Of a DNA stretch of 64,000 nt, positions 60,803-64,000 are shown piece after piece. The position numbers and the translations under genes are program-made. The notes under the pieces were generated by a model. It worked only from the letters and a program-made list of their open reading frames with translations. It ran no database searches and was not told the DNA's origin. Source of the stretch: a bacterium (GTDB taxonomy: Bacteria > Sysuimicrobiota > Sysuimicrobiia > Sysuimicrobiales > Segetimicrobiaceae); NCBI GenBank assembly GCA_035945995.1, contig DASYZR010000120.1, positions 927 to 64,926 of the forward strand, given 5' to 3'. Numbering within the stretch: position 1 is the stretch's first letter; each line of letters starts with the position of its first letter.

Positions 60803-61813
60803 TCAGGCGGCTTCGGGCGGCACCGGGACATCGTCCGGGAGCAGACGTGCCCGGCGGAGACCGTCCCACAGCGACGCGGGTATGGGACGGCGAAACATGC
60901 GCACGTTGTCCGCCAGTTCGTGCTCGGACCGGCACCCGACCACCACCGCGGTGACGGCCGGATGGCCGAACGGAAACTGGAGCGCCGCCGCGGCCAGCGG
61001 CACGCCGTGCTCGGCGCACAGCGCCTCGAGCCGCCGCGCTTTGGCGATCACCTCGGGAGCGGCCGGGCCGTAGTCGAACGGGGCGTCCGGCGCGGGCGCC
61101 GCCAGGATGCCGCTGTTGAACACGCCGCCCGCGATGACGGCGATGCCCCGGGCCAGACACACGGGCAGCAGGTCCGGCAGCGCGCTCTGATCCAGCAGCG
61201 TGTACCGCCCCGCCACGAGGAAGCAGTCGACGTCGGTCTCCCGCGCGAAGCGCAGCAGCACGGCGGTCCCGTTCATGCCCACGCCGACAGCCCCGATCAC
61301 CCCCTCGCCGCGCAGCCGGGCCAGCGCCGCATACGCGCCGGCGCGCGCCTCATCGTAGTGGTCGTCCGGATCATGAATGTGCAGGATGTCGATTCGCCCG
61401 AGCCCGAGCCGCTCGAGGCTTTCGTCCATGGAGCGGAGCACGCCGTCGTACGAGAAGTCAAAGACGGGATTGAACGGGAGGGCGCCCTGATACAGGGGCC
61501 GGCCGTCGCGAAACTGCGTCCGGTCGGGCGGCGCGCCGGCGCGAAGAAGACGCCCCACCTTCGTCGCGAGCACGAACTCATCCCGCGGGCGCTCCCGCAG
61601 CGCCGATCCGACTCTGCGCTCGGCCAGACCGCTGCCGTACAGCGGCGCGGTATCGAACAGCCGAAGGCCTTCGGCGTAGGCGCGCGCGAGGACGGCCGAT
61701 GCGTCCGCGTCGCCGACGGAGGCGAACAGGCCCCCCAGCGGGGCGGTGCCCAGGCCGAGACGCGTGACCTGGAGGGCGGACCTACCCAGGCGTACGCGCG
61801 TCGCGGGATCCAT
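60803..61813 (-). CDS. aldo/keto reductase (D-threo-aldose / L-fucose 1-dehydrogenase-like)
   Basis: LGLGTAPLGG, FDTAPLYG, VLATKVGR, HIHDPD. Confidence 0.85.
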   Translation of the reverse strand: MDPATRVRLGRSALQVTRLGLGTAPLGGLFASVGDADASAVLARAYAEGLRLFDTAPLYGSGLAERRVGSALRERPRDEFVLATKVGRLLRAGAPPDRTQFRDGRPLYQGALPFNPVFDFSYDGVLRSMDESLERLGLGRIDILHIHDPDDHYDEARAGAYAALARLRGEGVIGAVGVGMNGTAVLLRFARETDVDCFLVAGRYTLLDQSALPDLLPVCLARGIAVIAGGVFNSGILAAPAPDAPFDYGPAAPEVIAKARRLEALCAEHGVPLAAAALQFPFGHPAVTAVVVGCRSEHELADNVRMFRRPIPASLWDGLRRARLLPDDVPVPPEAA

Positions 61814-61822
61814 CGCCCGTGT

Positions 61823-62590
61823 TCATGACGACGCGCCGCCCGGCTCGGCCGCGGCGGCACGGCCTCCGGTGACGATCAGTTCAAGGATCTCGTCCTCGGT
61901 CGAGTCGCGGACCCGCCGCGTGCCGACGTGGCGTCCCTGCTTGAGCACCGCGACGCGGTCGCCGATCGCGAAGACTTCCTGCAGTCGGTGGCTGATCAGG
62001 ATCACGCCGACGTTGTGCCGCTTGAGGTCCGCCACCAACGCCAGCACCTCGTGGGTCGCGCCGGGCGAGAGGTTCGCGGTGGGCTCGTCGAGGATCAGGA
62101 CGGCGGGATCGAACGACAGGGCGCGCGCGATCGCCACGCTCTGGCGCCGCCCGCCCGACAGATGGCGCACCTGCAGCGCGACCGACGGCACGTCGATGCG
62201 CAGCCGGGCCAGCATCGCCTCCGCGGAGCGCTGCATGGCCCGGCGGTCGACCAGGAAGCGGCCGCGCAGCGGCCACCGTCCCAGGAAGACGTTCTGCGCG
62301 ATGTCGAGATTGTTGCACAACGCGAAGTCCTGGTAGACCATCTCGATTCCACGCAACCGGGCGTCGGCGGGCGAATCGAAACGAACCGGCGCGCCCCGGA
62401 ACACGATGTGGCCGGCGTCCGGGGGGATCGCGCCGGACAGGATCTTCATCAACGTCGACTTGCCGGCGGCGTTGTCGCCGACCAGCCCCAGCACTTCCCC
62501 GGGCCACAGCTCAAGGTCGACCCCGCGGAGCGCGTGGATCGCGCCAAAATGTTTCTCGATGGCCCGCAGCTCCACGACAGGCGGCGTCAT
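61823..62590 (-). CDS. sugar ABC transporter ATPase (single NBD, CUT2-like)
   Basis: GDNAAGKST, LSGGRRQSVAIARAL, LILDEPTANL. Confidence 0.9.
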   Translation of the reverse strand: MTPPVVELRAIEKHFGAIHALRGVDLELWPGEVLGLVGDNAAGKSTLMKILSGAIPPDAGHIVFRGAPVRFDSPADARLRGIEMVYQDFALCNNLDIAQNVFLGRWPLRGRFLVDRRAMQRSAEAMLARLRIDVPSVALQVRHLSGGRRQSVAIARALSFDPAVLILDEPTANLSPGATHEVLALVADLKRHNVGVILISHRLQEVFAIGDRVAVLKQGRHVGTRRVRDSTEDEILELIVTGGRAAAAEPGGASS

Positions 62591-62594
62591 GCGA

Positions 62595-63578
62595 CTACTT
62601 GAGGAACTGGGCGACGTTGACCTTCGTCACCACGTCGAGACCGGTGTGCCAAGGATCCTGCGGCTTGACCTTCTTCGTGACATAGTTGTTGAGGGCAAGG
62701 ATGCTGTCCGCGCCCATCTCGTAGGGCCGCTGGCCGACGAGCGCGCTCACGTAGCCGGCCTTCAGCAGCTGCAGCTCCTGCTGCAGCGTGTCGAAGGAGA
62801 CGATCGCGAACTTCCCCGCGGCCATCGCCGCCGTCTTCGGCTTCAGCGCCTGCTTGAACGCCTCGGGCGCGAACAGCGGCCACCCCCCGACCGGCACGAC
62901 CCCGGCCAGATCCGGGTGCGCGATGATGGCCTGCTCGATGAGCTGCACCGCCCGGTTGACGTCATCGTTGCACGGGAACGGCGATCCGGACTGTTCGATG
63001 AACTTCGCGGCGACGCCGGCCTGTTTGAGGCCGTCGTGGACTCCCTTGATCCGCTCGTTGAGGTTCTCCGCGCCAAGTCCGCCCGTGATGATCACGTACT
63101 TGCCGCCGCCGGGCAGGGCCCGCGCGAACTGCTTCCCGAGGGCGACGCCGCCGGCGTAGTTGTCGGTCCCGATGAACGCCAGGCGCTTCGATCCCGGCGC
63201 CGCGTCGGAATCGAACGTCACGACCGCGATCCCCTTGCCCATGGCGCTGTCGATGAGCGGCACCGCCGCCTTGCCGTCGACCGGGGCGATCGCCATTCCG
63301 TCCACGTGCCGCTGGACCAGACTCTCCAACACCTGCATCTGCGGCTGGATCTCGGTGACCGTCGGCCCCGTAAAATCGCACGTCACGCCGAGCTTCCTGG
63401 CTTCATCTTCACATCCCCGCCGGACCTCGTTGTAGAACGGGTTGTTGATCGCCTTCGGCACGACCGCGAACACCAGGCGCTTCGCGCCGCGGGCCGGGGA
63501 TGTGCCGAGCACCAACGAGCCCGCCAGCAGGACGGCCAGGACGGCCGCCCCAGAAACCCGCCACCTGCACATATTCAC
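62595..63578 (-). CDS. sugar ABC substrate-binding protein (RbsB-like, type-I PBP)
   Basis: Signal VSGAAVLAVLLAGSLVLG. FAVVPKAINNPFYNEV..., GTDNYAGG. Confidence 0.9.
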   Translation of the reverse strand: MNMCRWRVSGAAVLAVLLAGSLVLGTSPARGAKRLVFAVVPKAINNPFYNEVRRGCEDEARKLGVTCDFTGPTVTEIQPQMQVLESLVQRHVDGMAIAPVDGKAAVPLIDSAMGKGIAVVTFDSDAAPGSKRLAFIGTDNYAGGVALGKQFARALPGGGKYVIITGGLGAENLNERIKGVHDGLKQAGVAAKFIEQSGSPFPCNDDVNRAVQLIEQAIIAHPDLAGVVPVGGWPLFAPEAFKQALKPKTAAMAAGKFAIVSFDTLQQELQLLKAGYVSALVGQRPYEMGADSILALNNYVTKKVKPQDPWHTGLDVVTKVNVAQFLK

Positions 63579-63651
63579 CCCTCCTCTTCTGTCATCGTGC
63601 GTGTGATGAGTGTGTTCGGTACGTCGTCTGTGATCCCCGGTGCCGGCCGGG

Positions 63652-64000
63652 CTAGTCGCGGCTCAGCCGGATCCGCAGCCGGTCCAGGAGCACCGCGACG
63701 ATGATCGTGGTCCCAATCACCACCTCCTGCCAGAACGCCGGGACGCCGATCAGCACCATCGCGTTCAGGAGCACGCCGATCAGCGCGGCTCCTGCGAACA
63801 GGCCGAGCACGGAACCCTGGCCGCCGAGGAGGCTCACGCCCCCGATGACCGCGGCGGCGATCACGTTGAGTTCCTCGCCCTGTCCCGTGGTGGCATCCCC
63901 GACGGAGAGCCGGGCGGCCAGCAGGATGCCCGTCAGGGCCGCCAGCGCCCCGCTGATCATATAGGCCGCGAGGCGCACTCGGGCGACGCGGATCCCGCTG
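63652..64000 (-). CDS. sugar ABC permease (RbsC-like), C-terminal part; 5' end outside the window
   Basis: ...AYMISGALAALTGILLAARL...AIAAVIGGVSLLGGQG.... The reading frame stays open upstream to the window edge (SGIRVARVRL). Confidence 0.85.
   Translation of the reverse strand, partial: SGIRVARVRLAAYMISGALAALTGILLAARLSVGDATTGQGEELNVIAAAVIGGVSLLGGQGSVLGLFAGAALIGVLLNAMVLIGVPAFWQEVVIGTTIIVAVLLDRLRIRLSRD

Noticed and set aside
1-64000. Looked for rRNA, tRNA, transposases, integrases, phage genes, toxin-antitoxin pairs and defence systems
   Set aside because: No translation resembled a transposase, integrase, nuclease, helicase or methylase defence component. No intergenic region showed tRNA- or rRNA-like sequence by eye. 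A covariance-model scan (tRNAscan-SE, Infernal/Rfam) would be needed to exclude small RNAs formally.

Overview
High-GC bacterial chromosomal window. Hand counts give about 72% G+C in typical 60-nt lines. It is densely coding, with about 70 CDS. I recognised no rRNA, tRNA, CRISPR array, transposase or integrase. Most genes lie on the minus strand in long arrays joined by 4-nt stop/start overlaps (ATGA, GTGA, TTGA), and I used these overlaps to trim many over-long track ORFs. Many long R/P/G-rich track ORFs are antisense shadows of real genes and were rejected.

Content from left to right:
- A partial FdrA-like gene that is not in the ORF track, followed by a decayed EamA remnant and a frameshifted VOC gene.
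- An F420-type reductase, a PDZ serine protease and a LuxR-type regulator.
- An unusual module of tandem cupredoxin, membrane protein and cytochrome b, with no Rieske gene.
- Three HisKA_3/NarL-type two-component systems.
- A pair made of an Frc-like CoA-transferase and an Oxc-like TPP enzyme.
- A six-gene minus-strand cluster at 19.4-25.0 kb (detailed below).
- An ECF41-type sigma factor divergent from a low-GC AhpD/CMD gene.
- An SRPBCC-DUF899-DUF2182 operon behind a consensus sigma70 promoter.
- A 15-kb co-directional catabolic/transport array: cyclic amidohydrolase, two Zn-ADHs, isochorismatase-like hydrolase, a HAAT-type ABC system with two binding proteins, amidohydrolase_2, two M24 hydrolases and a Gfo/Idh/MocA oxidoreductase.
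- A Rieske plus cytochrome b-c fusion complex behind a NitT/TauT ABC operon.
- An aldose dehydrogenase/lactonase/sugar-ABC module that runs off the right edge.

The strongest candidate for an undescribed system is the 19.4-25.0 kb cluster. It encodes a sulfocyanin-like blue copper protein, two CoxB-like CuA cupredoxins with no oxidase catalytic subunit, a NapH/CcoG-like polyferredoxin membrane protein, a Cyc2-like fused monoheme-cytochrome/porin, and a tail-anchored CarboxypepD_reg-domain protein. This looks like a putative outer-membrane-to-inner-membrane electron conduit.

Other non-genic structure:
- A mirrored pair of composite 9-mer/12-mer tandem arrays 5.6 kb apart.
- A nested 80-nt palindromic element.
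- A triple GC-hairpin spacer.

All functional calls come from reading the translations and recalling family motifs. No database search was run.
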